The notes under the pieces were generated by a model. It made no database searches. It was not told the origin of the DNA and was given only the letters and a program-made list of their open reading frames with translations. DNA of 64,000 nucleotides from Lama guanicoe (lineage: Eukaryota). The stretch lies in the NCBI GenBank assembly GCA_013239625.1, contig MU057356.1, positions 26,802,793-26,866,792 on the forward strand, written 5' to 3'. This document shows, in pieces, positions 12,170 to 24,780 of this stretch. Made by a program: the position numbers and the translations under genes. Each line of letters starts with the position of its first letter. Position 1 is the first letter of the stretch.

Positions 12170-12450
12170 TAGGGTGATTTTGTAAATAATACCAAAATGA
12201 ATGGAGAAAGCTCAGCAAGCTTGATTTGGTTAACAAATGGTCCTACTGTAATTTCAGCAGCATCTTGCAACTGAGTCACTTATCGGCGTAAGTGGAAAAA
12301 AGGACATGTTGATAATTGGATTTCAGTGAAGCTTTTACTAGGGTTTCTTTGATTCCAAATCAAAAGATGGATTACTAGTCAGGGTTCATGAAGGTAAATA
12401 CTGGGAGGGACGCTCATAGATAACTTAAATAATTGGGTTTAATGTGTAAA
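12170..12450 (+). mobile_element. Degenerate CR1/L3 LINE RT fragment
   Basis: 12316-12348 translates to LDFSEAFTRVS, compared with the CR1 RT motif LDFSKAFDKVS. Confidence 0.45.
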
Positions 12451-12769
12451 TTAAGTTACTGGCATCCCTCGTTATTAGATAATTTAGATGACCAAATTTG
12501 CTCCAATGTACACTAATGGATGTTTAGTCCTCTTCCTTACTTTTTCCCGTGGCTGCCATTGACTGTTTCTGTCCCCATTTCTTCCTAATATATTTCATTC
12601 TTATAATTATCCAAGGAATCTAAGAAAATAAGTGATCAGAATCTTCATGCCTCCAAGGATTCGTGATACATTTGAAAGTGATCCCTAAACATGGAATTTG
12701 GGGGGAGGTGAGGAGATGGTGGTGGCAGAGAGAATTAAATGAATTATGCAAAACACTCCGTGTTCTAAA

Positions 12770-13510
12770 ACATTTTGTTGTGAATATCACAGAGAAAATC
12801 ATATAACACATATACACGCAGTTGCAAAAAATTGCAAAGCAAACACCACTTAAGTCAAGAAACAGAGCAGCACTTCTGCCCGGGAAGCCCCCACCCCAAA
12901 CTCCCCTTCCAAAGCCCAAGTGTCTCCCTCCTTTCAGATACAATCCCTCTCCTGGCCTTGAGAGGAATATTTTTTTTGCTTTTATTTTTGGCTACTACCT
13001 ATAGGCATCGTTTAAAATGCAGTTCGGTTTCGTTTGGTTTTGAATGTTGCATGAAAGAGTCATACTGTGTGTATTGTATGGCAACTTCCTTTTTTCACTT
13101 GACAGTGCTTGTAGGATCCATCTATTTTGTTGTGTGGAAATGCCATTCTACTACTGAAAAGCATTTGGTTTGTTTCCAGTTTGGGACAGTTAAAAATTCA
13201 GCTGCCAGCAGCATTCTCATACAGGTATCATGTGCACACAAGCACACATCTCCCGCCTACATACTTAGGAGAGGAAGTGCCACTATCTGCCACTATCTGC
13301 CACTATCTGCACATCTTCAGTTTTATTAGGTGATGCTACACCATTTTCCAAAGGTGTTGAACCAATTCACATTTCCACCAGCAAAATACGGAAGTTCTTA
13401 TTGATCACCTATTTGCTTCCGATTGCCCTGTTGTGGTATCTTATCATGGTTTAGTCTGTATTCTCCAGAATATTAAAAAAGCTGGGTACCATTTTATGTG
13501 TTTATTGATC
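12770..13510 (-). mobile_element. L1ME/L1MD-type 3' fragments
   Basis: Antisense old-L1 3' UTR words: tttggtttgtttccagtttggga, ttttccaaaggtgttgaaccaattcacatttccaccagca. Confidence 0.7.
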
Positions 13511-13819
13511 ACCTCAGAAATAATGGTTATAGAGACCTTTAAGCCAACCTTTGCCTTCCCATTTCAGAGGAAAGAAAGAACATAGGGAGGAAAGGTCTGA
13601 GAGGATTGCCACGGTTTCACTGTGGATCACAGCTCTACGGGCAAAAGCTGTGCAAAGAGGGCAAGGAAGGTGAGGGACCCTTTAAGAGGTTTATTGATTG
13701 TAAACACAACACTTTCTTTCCCGTCCTCTTCCTGTAACTTTAGCCCTTTATCTTCCTATGACTTTATTACATCTTTTTGTGTGGAAGAAGGCCATTATCT
13801 TGGATTTAAATGAGACGTT

Positions 13820-14410
13820 ACAGGGATCTGAGCAGTGCTTCAGTGAAAAATTGTATGGTTACTGTGATGATGTACTTAAATTAAATATCACGTAAACCAA
13901 TGAAATAAGAATGGGAAAAAGAGAGTTGTCACTTTTCTGCTATAGAAACAAAGTCAAATGCTTTGGAAATTCAGATGAAACGAGAGCACACAATCTTTCA
14001 GGTCAGCTATAGGGCACACAAGATGTAGAATGTGGACAAAATTATAAAAACCTCAAAGCACTTTGCATTTAGATTGCTCAAAAATGAATTTAATTTCTTA
14101 TTTCTTTTTAAAGAAGTTAAAACTAGAAATCTTGGATGATATGTTATAGAGATGGTTTATTCAATAATGACAATGTAGAACATAGCTCAAAGAAAAAAGG
14201 CCTTGGCTAAACATCAAAAGATTAGCAAATGAATGTGTGTGTGTATATATATGTATATATATATACACACATACATACATATATGTGTCTGTGTTTATAC
14301 TAAAAATAAAACATTGAAAAATATGTATCCATATATATTTTTAAATGATTTTAAATAACCAACTAACTATCTAACTATCCTTACCACGTTTGATAGGAGA
14401 GCTTTTACTA
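13820..14410 (+). mobile_element. Tigger-like (TcMar/pogo) DNA transposon fossil
   Basis: Broken translation KKRVV..IETKSNALE (~13915-13970) and KKLKLEILDDML*RWFIQ (14111-14164) resembles the CENP-B/Tigger HTH domains. Tigger-like end gagagcttttacta-ta near 14410. Confidence 0.6.
14234..14296. repeat. (TG)n/(TA)n/(CA)n compound microsatellite
   Basis: Read directly. Confidence 0.85.
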
Positions 14411-14471
14411 TACCTGCTTAGAACAAAACAAGATACCCAAGTGATGGGAAATCACGTTTTCAAAAGTAACA

Positions 14472-16220
14472 TTTTTTTCAACTGAGGTATAATTTACCTA
14501 CAATGAAATGCACACATATTAAGGTACAGTTCTTTACATTTTGACAAATATGTAGACTTTTGTAACAGGCACCTCAAACAAGCTATATAATATATATAAG
14601 ACCAGCTATACAGCGTATGTGTGTGTATGTGTATACATATACAAATACATATGTGTTTACCACCCCAGAAGTTTCCCCAATCCCCTCACCCCACCGCAAT
14701 CACTGTTCTGATTTCTATCACAAACTATTTTTGCCAGTTATTGAACATCTTATAAATGGAATCATACAGTGCATTTTCTTTGTGTCTAATGTCTTTCCCT
14801 CAGATGATCATTTTTGAGATTCATCCTGCTATGTGTATCAATCGTTGCTGAGTAGTGATACATGTGGCACAATTTATTTATCCTATTAATAGACATTTAG
14901 AATGTTGTTGACTATTATAAGGAGCTATAAACATTTTTGTAACTCTTTTTATGGGATATATTTCTAGGAGTGGAATTGCTTGGGGTGGCATTGCTGAGTC
15001 ATAGGGTATGTGTATAAACATAGACCTTACGAGAAAACTCGCAAACTGTTTTCTAAAAGGGTTATACCATTTTCCACCACTACCAGTGAATGAGAGTTTC
15101 AATTATTACACATCCTCATCGACATTTGATGTTGTCAGTCTTTCAAATTTAGCCGTTTTAGGGGCCCATTAGAAATTTAATTGGGCTTTTGTTTCAATGT
15201 CTGGATAAATTTGAGGATAATTGACATCTTAACAATATTGAGTCTTCTAGTCTATTAACATAGTGTATTTCTCTATTTATTACAGTCTTCAGTGATTATT
15301 CTCAGCAACTCAGAATAGCTTTGAGTAGAGGTCTTGTACTGCTTTTATTAATTTATTCCTATGTATATTACATTTTGATGCTACTATATTTTTTCATTTT
15401 TGAATTGTTTGCTACTAGTACATAGAAATGCTACTTATTTTTGTACATTGTCTTTGTATCCAGCAACCTTGCTAAATTCACTTATTAGTTCTTAGTAGTT
15501 GTTTTACAGATTCCTAGGATTTTTTAATCCAAAAAAATCTGCAGTTATAAGGATAATTCTTATTTCTTTCCAATCTTTATGCCTTTTATTTCTTTTACTT
15601 GATTTATTGCACTGGCTTGTGAACTCCAGCACAATATTGCATATACATGGTGAGAACTTACCTCCTTGTTCCTGATCTTAGGGAAAAGCATTTAATCTTT
15701 CACAATTGAGTATGCTCTTAGCTTTAGGGTTTTGTAGATGCCCAGCATAAGACTGAAAAGATTCACTTATATTTTTGCTAAGTGCATTTATTATAAATGG
15801 ATGTTGAATTTTGTCAAATGTCCTTCTTAATATTTTAATAATTATTCATACCTATTGCTTTTTCTAATATCATTTTTCTTTATCCTAGAGAAATTTTTTT
15901 GAGTATTTCTTGAAGTTGATATGATCATATAGATTCTTTCACTTATTTTCTTCTGCTATACTCTAGCATCTTAATGTCCTTCTATTTTCTGAAAGGGTAT
16001 GTAAAACTGGTATTCTTTATTTCTTGAATGGTTAAAAGAATTCCCCAGTGAAATTTGTTCTTGTATCAGGATAACACAAGGGACATTTTTCATTACATCT
16101 GAGCTATAGAATATTGGCATAAAGTTGTTTATAATTCCCGGTAATTTTTTTAATGTTTGTAAGGTCAGTAATGATACCCCTGTTCAATCCTGCTATTGGT
16201 GATTTATGTTTTCTCTCCAA
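14472..16220 (-). mobile_element. Old L1M element: 3' UTR and ORF2 fragments
   Basis: aactgaggtataatttacctacaatgaaatgcac 3' end, then T-rich antisense ORF2 words (ccttgttcctgatcttagggaaaagcatt, ggatgttgaattttgtcaaatg). Confidence 0.85.
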
Positions 16221-16875
16221 CAAAGAGATTTGCGTTTCTCTGTAACCAAGGCTCTATAAGTTCAAAGATATCAGCCAATAGTCCATAACTACCTCATGGA
16301 AAAAAGTAAAAAGTCAAAGAGGAAGATGACAGAAGCCAGAATCTCTGCAACATATGGTCTGCAATGTCCTTTGTATAATCGAAAGCTAATGGATATGTGA
16401 AGGAAAAGGAAAATCTGACTCATACTCAAGAAAAAGCTCAGTCGGTTGAAATAGACCTGATATGAGCCAGATATTGGAATTAGCAGCCAAGGACTTTAAA
16501 GAAACTATTATAAATATGCCCAAGTCTTTAGAGAAAAAAACGGTCACAATGAGTGGGCAGATGGGGACTCTCAACAGAGAAATAGAAATTGAATTTAAAA
16601 AATGGAAATTCTAGAACTGAAAAGTACAACATCTGAAATAGAAAATCTATTGAACATGGATTTAAGAGCAAATGTGAGCTGGGAGAAGAGTCAGTGGACG
16701 TGACTATATAGCAATAGAAATGATCTAGTGTGAAGAATGGAGAGAACAAAAGCTGGGGGAAAACAGAACAAAGTCTGAGTGGCATGTAGTACAAATAGCC
16801 TAATATATGTGATTTGAATCCCAGACAAGGAGGGAAAAAGGAAGAGAGGTGAAAATTATTTGAAAAAATAATAGT
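16220..16875 (+). mobile_element. L1M ORF1-region segment in sense orientation
   Basis: cagatattggaattagcagccaaggactttaaa...tattataaatatg and ctagaactgaaaagtacaacatctgaaat. A-rich, with skew opposite to both neighbours. Confidence 0.8.
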
Positions 16876-16879
16876 CAAG

Positions 16880-17390
16880 CCCCGCTAACTTGGAGAGACT
16901 TAAACTCTTTCTTGCTTGTGTTGGCAGAGCTGAAATATCTTTTTAATCTTTTCAGCCTTCCAAGTGTTGCTTTACTGGACTCTTTATAGTCTCCCCACTG
17001 CCTGCACAGAACAGGAGTCAGCCAGGGCTTGGTGTAGAGTTGACATCTGCCTATAAACTGATGGGTCTCGTTCATTTCCAGGATTTACCATTCAATTTCC
17101 CATCTGTTCGCTCTTCCCTGACTCTTCAGGTCTGTATTCAGCAGCTTTCTGCTCAGGTTCTAACTGTCCTGGTACCACACAGACTGAGGAGTCCCCTCAG
17201 GGGAAAAGCTACGTCAAAGTGGATCTCATGCAATGAATGTGCTTCCTTTCCTTAAATGGTTGACTTCCCTTTAATAACTGCCTACTTTGGTTGTTCTCCA
17301 GTGACTTCAAGAGGTTTTTTGTTTTTGTTTCTTCATAGAGTTGAATTGTTACCTGTGGGAGGGTTGGTCCAATACAGGCTGCTCTACCGC
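16880..17390 (-). mobile_element. L1M 5' region fragment
   Basis: Resembles antisense L1MC/MD/ME 5' ends (ttttcagccttccaagtgttgcttt...cagccagggc). Confidence 0.5.
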
Positions 17391-18009
17391 TCCCAGAACC
17401 ATAACTTCAAATGTACTGGTTTTCAAAGGACTGAGTTTAGGAGTGACCGAGGAGTGCTTTCCGTGATACACATACGCTTTGTACAGTGGCCGGGACAGCT
17501 CGTCGCCAGTCCTCGTGCTCTCTTTCTTCCTCAGGAATAGAACCCAGATTTGACGTGAAGTCCTTTATAGCAATGTAAGTTCTGGCTAGTGAGATATAAG
17601 CAGCAGTGGTTGGAAGTAAATTTGTGGACGTCTCCTTGAAAGAGAAAGAGACAGCAGAAGAGAGCCCCTTTGCCCTCTATCTTTCTTCACAGCTTCCAGC
17701 ATGTAGTCGGAATTTCAGCATCCATCTTAGGTCACAAATTGACAATAGGAGGGTGGGGGAAAAATTCAGAAATACAGTGGGTCCCTGATTTCTGTGGAGT
17801 CCCTATACCAGGTCTGTCCACCACTGGACTTCTTTTCAATGAGTGAAATATAAATGTTGATCTTGCTCTAGCCACTGTCAGTAGTACTTGATGCTAATCC
17901 TAACAGATGTAGTTGCAGTGAGGCTCTCGTGTAAGTAATGCACCAATTAGGACAAGTGCATCTGGTGTATAGGACTTTTATCAGGGAAGAAAGCAGGTCA
18001 CGTGAGAGA

Positions 18010-18145
18010 TCACTAGTTGCAAACCAGGAGACCTGAATTCTAGTCCTGCCTCTGTCTGCTAAAGCTACATATTTTTGAGTAAGTCTCCCGACCAGGCCAC
18101 AGTTTCCTCGTCTCTGAAAGTACCTCATTAAATTAAATGGTCCCT
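18010..18145 (+). mobile_element. MIR fragment
   Basis: ggagacctgaattctagtcctgcctctg...cagtttcctcgtctctgaaa. Confidence 0.65.
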
Positions 18146-19399
18146 AATTTTCCTCTCCCCATTCCACTGAAACTCTCCATGATGTGGATCACATTTTTGC
18201 TGCTTTAAACAGATAGGGAGAGTGTATATATTTCTTCTTTAGTTTCATCCAGAGTCTTTACTTCCAAACGAAACTCCTTTTATCCCTCAGTTTCCAAGAA
18301 CATTGTGTGACCAGAATCAAAGAGTCCATATTCCCATTGATCTTAGTCTGTTGACCTTCTGTTCTGAATGGAAAGAATATATTTTTGCAGGGTACCTCTC
18401 TGCTCACAAATATTTCCCTAATTTTTTAAGAGGCTAGAACCAGTCGGTGGTACAAATCAAACAAATAAAACACAGTTTCAATAGTGCTGAGGCTCAGAAC
18501 TGTGGCTGAGACGATAAAATGGTTTTATTTTGTACATGACTATTTTTCAAACCAGAAATATGTTTTGCATCAGTGATGTGTTAAGGTCAAGTCAAGAAAA
18601 GAGACAATATGTCCCATGTCACGGAGACCAGGATAATGAGAGTGTTCTCTGGGAGCTGGCTCAGAGGCTGTTCATTTCACCGGCAAAAGGTTATACCAGA
18701 CAGATTGTTTCTCATTTGATGTTTTAAATTAAACTGCTGACATGGCCTGCCTCAGAGTAAGAAACATACGTGTTTGCCAAACAGACCCTAAAGAAAATCC
18801 CTGTTTGAGAGAGTTGGTTCCTTCAGCTGCAGCCTTTGAGGCTTTTCTGTTTTTAAGGCAGGCTTACGAATTGAGCCAAGTTTTCAACAGCAGTGCAGCA
18901 AGAGCGCTCACAAGGGGGACTGGATGCATACGAGGCTTAGTGGCTTATCAGAGTGCTATGGGATAGAAGTTAGCTAAGTACCTAGTTCTTAATTTCCATT
19001 TAGAAATATCACACATTCAAGATGCACATGAGCTCAAAGAGGTATTACTTAGGATAGAAAACTACCTACAAGACATTCCTTTCAGTTATTCCCCTCTGTT
19101 CTGGCCCTGCCTTGCCCTCTTCAGCATCTCCACCCACCACCAAATCAGAGCTAAAGGAAAATCAAATGTCGTGCAAGTGGTCTCCAGAACAGCCACGTGA
19201 GCATCACAGGCCTGACCCCAGGCATCGGAGCAAGAATCCCTGGATGATTCAGAAGTCCTGGTCCACATATTTCCAGTAGCATTAGGCCAGGGTAACATGC
19301 TGCGCACATTCTAGGTTTGGAGGCTACCGAGCTGAGTGTAACAGACAAATCCTGCTGGCACCGAGCTTGCACTGTAGCGGGGGGGAGGGAGCAAGATCA

Positions 19400-20230
19400 A
19401 TAAACAAGCAGACAAGTAATTATTAGGATTTCTGATGATAATAAGTGTTAGAGAAGGGAAAGGGGGTGAGGAGGTGCTGATGTGGAGGGAGGGTTCCTCC
19501 TTATACATGGTGATTGCTCTCACTGAGAGGGTGAAATTTGAACAGAGATAGAAAGGAAACCAGTGGGTGAGTAGCCAGAGGACCTGGACTCCAGTCCTGG
19601 GTCCCCCATTCTGCAAGATACTTAAACTTTGTGGTGCTTGGTCTCCTTATCTGTCAACTAGGAGCAAAAATAGTCATCATGAGGAATCCATGGGTGATTT
19701 CAAGGTTCAGAAATGATGCACGTAGGCATGTGTGCTATTAACCCGACCAGCCAGGGGCTAGGCTTCTCGGCTCTTTACCTCTAAACTCACAGGGGGACCA
19801 AACTGGTGATTCAGAGTTGGGAATGGAAGTATAACAATTGAGCTTTTGGTGGTTCCACTCCTCTAAGGCTTCCCTAAGCACCATCCACAAGCTGTGGCCT
19901 CCCTTCCCAGAACAGAAGAGCCCCACATGACCTCCCCTCACTGATTTCTGTCTGCCACCCTCCCTACACCTCCTCCTGCTCACGCTCTCACCTCCACACT
20001 CTGACCTTTACTATCTGCTCTCCTTGAACATCTCCATGGCACCTTTTCCCAGACCTTGGTCCTTCCCTAGGGTGAGGCCACTTCCACTGTCTTCTGGCCG
20101 GGAGTGTTTCTCACAACTCGGTAGCTCTTGCCGAGTCGACGTATCCTCCTCACTTCCCTTCATCTTGGGCTGTACGATGTGCAGCATCTGCCTGCTTTGT
20201 GACCCTTGGCGCGACAGTATAAGCCGTCTT
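19400..20230. mobile_element. Cluster of L2 and MIR fragments
   Basis: L2 antisense ~19400-19560, MIR sense ~19575-19740, L2 sense ~19870-20230. Confidence 0.5.
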
Positions 20231-20835
20231 AAGGAGCTTCATCTTGGAATGCTCGGTCTCTCCCTCCTGACTGCTGGGCCAGCGGATGAAGGGACAGGTG
20301 AGCTGACCCACCTGGAAAGTGCCCCACCAACGTGGCGGTTGACAAAAGAGAGTCCTAGGCAGGGGCCATGCCACAGTTTACATCGTGGAGTTTATTCCCC
20401 ACTAACAATCNNNNNNNNNNNNNNNNNNNNNNNNNNNNNNNNNNNNNNNNNNNNNNNNNNNNNNNNNNNNNNNNNNNNNNNNNNNNNNNNNNNNNNNNNN
20501 NNNNNNNNNNNNNNNNNNNNNNNNNNNNNNNNNNNNNNNNNNNNNNNNNNNNNNNNNNNNNNNNNNNNNNNNNNNNNNNNNNNNNNNNNNNNNNNNNNNN
20601 NNNNNNNNNNNNNNNNNNNNNNNNNNNNNNNNNNNNNNNNNNNNNATTACAGGAGGGAGCTGTGTTTGGCACTAAAGGAGCCCCAACTCAGCGTTGCCAG
20701 GTTGGGAGAAGGGCACAAGGGGAGGCCTGGATCAGAAAAAGGTTTCTCTTCAACTGAACCATCATTTATTCAGCACCTTCAATGCAAAGCACGCTTCTAG
20801 GCTCCTTGGAAAAACACACTGATGAAAAACGAGTA

Positions 20836-20985
20836 GGGAGGGTATATAGCTCAGTGGTAGAGCATGTGCTTAGCATGCACGAGGCCTGGGTTCGATCCTC
20901 AGCACCTCCATATAAATAAATAAATAAACAAACAAACCCTAATTACCCCGCCAAAAATTTTTTTAATTAAAAAAAATAAAAGAAA
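20836..20985 (+). mobile_element. tRNA-Ala-derived camelid SINE (Vic-1-like)
   Basis: A box tagctcagtgg, anticodon arm gtgcttagcatgcac, B box ggttcgatcc, then (taaa)n-ccctaattacc and an A-rich tail. Confidence 0.88.
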
Positions 20986-21632
20986 AATGCATCCATCCTA
21001 TCATCCTGTGGCTTACAAGCTAGAGATGTTCTGGGTAGAAACACGAATTCATTTGGCTGGTCTTTATGGGAGTTCCCATGAGCAAAGCCCTGCATGGGAT
21101 ACAGGGAAAGAAAGATACAACAGAGGTGGACTCTGCCCTCGGTTCTAACAGGGGTGAGAAGACACATTCACAAGCTGTCATTAAAAATGTCAAATGTGAT
21201 GAGTGGCAGATTTTGACATTAACGATTTTATATCATATTTTTTAAGCCAGCATCTCACAGCCATTCTACAGCCCAGTTTCACAGGCCTTTGTGGTAGAAT
21301 TTTGGTCATGCTTCCCACCTGTTGTTCAAGAGGCCGAAGTTCACTGAAATGCCCTCTCACCCCTTGAGCCTCTCTTTCTATCTGACCTCATGGGTACCTC
21401 TCACAGTAAATGCTCAATAGACCTGTGTGCACTGAACCTCCTCCACTTAATGCACATGTGGTCTCCTGACCTTAATCGTGACCTGAGCTTGCCTAAAATC
21501 CACAGTGTAGGAAGGAGACCGTGAACAACGGCCCTCCCTCCACCTCCGAGGACTTGCAGCCCAATACGCAGATTTCAGTTCAAAGTCTCAATGTTCTCTT
21601 GAAGAGGCTGCAGACTTACAGAATCCAGATCC

Positions 21633-22013
21633 TGTTGCCACGAAAGCAGCCTCTGTGCCCCGAAAACAGGTTGAGACTCGGAGGCAGAGTTTTGGGAGGA
21701 TAGAAAAGAGCGGCTTTATTGCTTTGCCAGGCAGAGGGGAGTCAGCACAGGCTAGTGCCTTAGTGTGGATCCACCTTGGGGTTGGGGTCTTGGGGCTTTA
21801 TCTTAACTTCGATGATCTTCCTGACGTTACAGAGGAACTTCGGAGGCTCTGTCCATTCTTTTGGGATTATCAGCCTGTTGCCTCCTTCCTGGTTAAAGCT
21901 GTTGAGTGTTTGTAGGTTGTTTGGCATAAGGGAGAGAAAGCAAATTGCAAGATTTCTTAGTCAAAAAGAATCAGCAAACAGTTTTAGCACTGAAGAAATC
22001 ATTTTGTTTCCTA
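21633..22013 (-). mobile_element. Solo LTR, probably ERV1-class and lineage-specific
   Basis: Starts tgttgcc. Antisense poly(A) signal in gaaaagagcggctttattgctttgccaggca. Flanked by 4-bp atcc (21629-21632, 22014-22017). Confidence 0.6.
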
Positions 22014-24101
22014 ATCCTTCAATCCTTGACTTCACACATGTTTTGTTTCTTTGAAAATATTTACTTTTGAATGGTTAGGGTATTTAACACCAACTCCATG
22101 CCTAGTATTCTCTGCCAGCCCCTCCCTTCTGTTGTTTTGCCTGACTGGAAACCAACGCACTTGACCTGTCAAGCTCTGAAGGCCAGCAATCTTGTCTCAA
22201 CCCATCTTGACACAGGGTCTGAATTTTCAGGGGCAGGTAGACCACTGTGGCTCCAAGTTCGTACCATTCCAACACCATGAAATTTAGCACCACAATAACC
22301 TCTACTCCCAGCTCATCGGAGAAAAAAGTTGAATATCTCAGGCAACTTCCAAAGGGCTTCTGATCCCTTGACCTACACAAATGCAATAGTCATTGAGAAA
22401 ATGCCGGGAGAGGTATCATAAGGGAGCCCTAGGATATTGGAATTTTAATACACTGCGACTGAGGCTTTAAGAAAAAAAAGTCTTGTGTGACTTAAAAGCA
22501 NNNNNNNNNNNNNNNNNNNNNNNNNNNNNNNNNNNNNNNNNNNNNNNNNNNNNNNNNNNNNNNNNNNNNNNNNNNNNNNNNNNNNNNNNNNNNNNNNNNN
22601 NNNNNNNNNNNNNNNNNNNNNNNNNNNNNNNNNNNNNNNNNNNNNNNNNNNNNNNNAATGTACAACATTTATTAATTAGGGAGCATTTTCAGAGTAATAC
22701 TTGCACTTTAAATTGCTCTGAACTTTTAAACATGCCATGTTGTAGACTTATAGGAAGTGATCTCACAACATTTGCAGGGCTGGTCACGTCAAAGGGACAC
22801 ACTTGTCAGTTCCCTGAAGGATGGTCAGTGCGGGGTGAGCACAAGATGGCTGGGGAGGGGGTAGGAAATGCGGCCGGCGGTGGAATTCCTAGGGCTTGAG
22901 TTTGTGGAACAAGATAAGAGATTTCTCCTTACCTATTTGGATTTCCAAATACAAGGAAGAGCAGCCATCATTTGGTTGAACATTTCTGGCAGAAATCTGG
23001 AAGAAAAGTCCATGCAGACATCCCTGGTTCTTGTCCAGGACACTTTAAGGAAATTCCTAGCCTAGATGCTTTTATTGGGTCTCAGGCGGGAAAAGAGACA
23101 ATGAGAGAGGGCGTCTGGAGAGGGCCAAGGTTCCGGTTTTTTTCCTCCTCAGGTTGTTGCGGTGCTTTGTTTCCTTTTCCCGCCTAACTTACACACAGTT
23201 ATTCTTTGGGTCCTCCCACCAGCTTCCCCCTCCTTCTATGATGGGAAAATGAAGGGCTCACTTTGTAGAACCCACGAGCCGCGAAGCACATTGTGGAGGA
23301 GGTCCCATGCCTGCCTCAGGCCCTGTGCAAGGCCACAGCCCTGTTGCGTGCAGTCTGAGTCATCTGGGGAGAGCTGTGTCCCCCAGATTCCCTCCAGGGA
23401 AGGACTTGCCGCCCAGCGGCAGGGGCTCAGCAGACAGAGCTCCCGCTGCCAGCTGGGTGGCGGCCTCCTCAGCTGCAGAGCCGGCCTCGCCCCAGGCCGC
23501 GCTCTCCCTGGAGCACCTCTCGTCTGTGACTGTGAGGTGGAGCAGGGCACAGGCCTGGCCGTGGCGGCCCTACACGGTGTACTGGGTTGCCTGAGATTGG
23601 TTAGTCCTGCATCATAGTTTTGCTTCTTCCTCCGCCTAATCCTGCCGTCTCTGCCTTTTGTTCACAGCCACTATTCTCTTAAAAAAGCCATCTAGTACCC
23701 CAAAGTCATCTGAGTGTCTGCTTCTACAGAACTCATTCCAGTTCAAGCTCTGATGGGATCTATGGTCCCAGAGCCAGGCATCGCGGAACAGAGATGAAGA
23801 CTGCCTTCCAGTCCTTGTGGTGGATGCTAAGGAAGTCACCTCGCAGGTAAGGGACTGTCCTGAAGCAGCCACTGGTTAGAGGGGGGAAAAGCAGGGCTGC
23901 AATGTGGCAAGTGGAGAATGAAAGAAAAGCCTCACCCACCTCTGGGCATCAGTCTAGACCTCAAAGAGCAAAGTCCTTTCTGGGCCTGACGGATCCCTGG
24001 CTGTGAAGGTTTGGAGCACACAGGACAGGCACAGCGTGCTAATATGAGTGACCAGCATTGGACACAGATGTGGTAGGCAGACTGGTCCAGAAGAAACATG
24101 G

Positions 24102-24226
24102 CGGTGGGGAGGGCATAGCTCAAGTGGTAGAGTGCATGGTCAGCATACACAAGGTCCTGGGTTCAATCCCCAGTACCGCTATTAAAAAATAATTAAATAA
24201 ATAGACCTAATTATCCCCCCAAAAAG
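24102..24226 (+). mobile_element. tRNA-Ala-derived camelid SINE (Vic-1-like)
   Basis: ggggagggcatagctcaagtggtagagtgcatg...ctgggttcaatccccagtacc plus taaataaatagacctaatta tail. Imperfect TSD with aacatgg on both sides. Confidence 0.88.
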
Positions 24227-24780
24227 TGAGAGAGAGAACATGGGGAGAAGCTGCAGGGGACCTGCAGATCCCAGGCCTGTATTTAGCTGGCCCGTCGATT
24301 TGTCTGTCTCCCCTCCCTGCCCACTCAGCCTGTCTCTTTTCCATGGCAGTCACTATGTTTTGTTTCGTGAAGTCACAGTAGTGCCCAGCATAGCACTTAT
24401 ATACAGGAAACATGTTTGTACAAGGACAAAATGTAAAAATGGAAAGTAGTCAAGAAAGAGGCCCTGTAGCCCAGACAACCCTCAGCTTTCCAGCAATACC
24501 TTAAGAGTCAGTGTGGACTCCTGGAGGTGGTCAGTAATAAGACCAGCACAGTGATCACTGGGGTGATTTGGTGGAGCCAGAGTTCCAGGGAATCTGTGTA
24601 TGGTTTTAGTTAAAACCATGAGGGTCTTTTGCTATGTTTCAGTTCCCATGGTTGTCATGGCCTGAAAAATAAGTGTTATATCTGTAACCATCAGAAAGAA
24701 TGGATGGATATATGGATGGCTGGACAGATGGAGACCAAAAAAGATACAGAAAGGAGAGAGGCAGATAAGCTCTTCTGTAG

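Noticed and set aside
12832-13329. 165-aa ORF, the longest gap-free ORF
   Set aside because: It lies antisense within an old L1 3' fragment, has a non-ATG start and shows no recognisable domain.
20024-20800. 258-aa ORF and other ORFs containing X runs
   Set aside because: Length is inflated by assembly gaps, and the flanks are L2-derived or show no protein similarity.
20836-20910. Functional tRNA-Ala gene (also at 24102 and 53316)
   Set aside because: Each copy has mismatches or indels in the tRNA body, SINE-type 5' extensions and A/T-rich tails, and three diverged dispersed copies occur in 33 kb. These are SINEs.
23162-23617. Overlapping 151, 104 and 95-aa ORFs
   Set aside because: High GC content suppresses stop codons in several frames at once, and there is no domain or clear exon structure.
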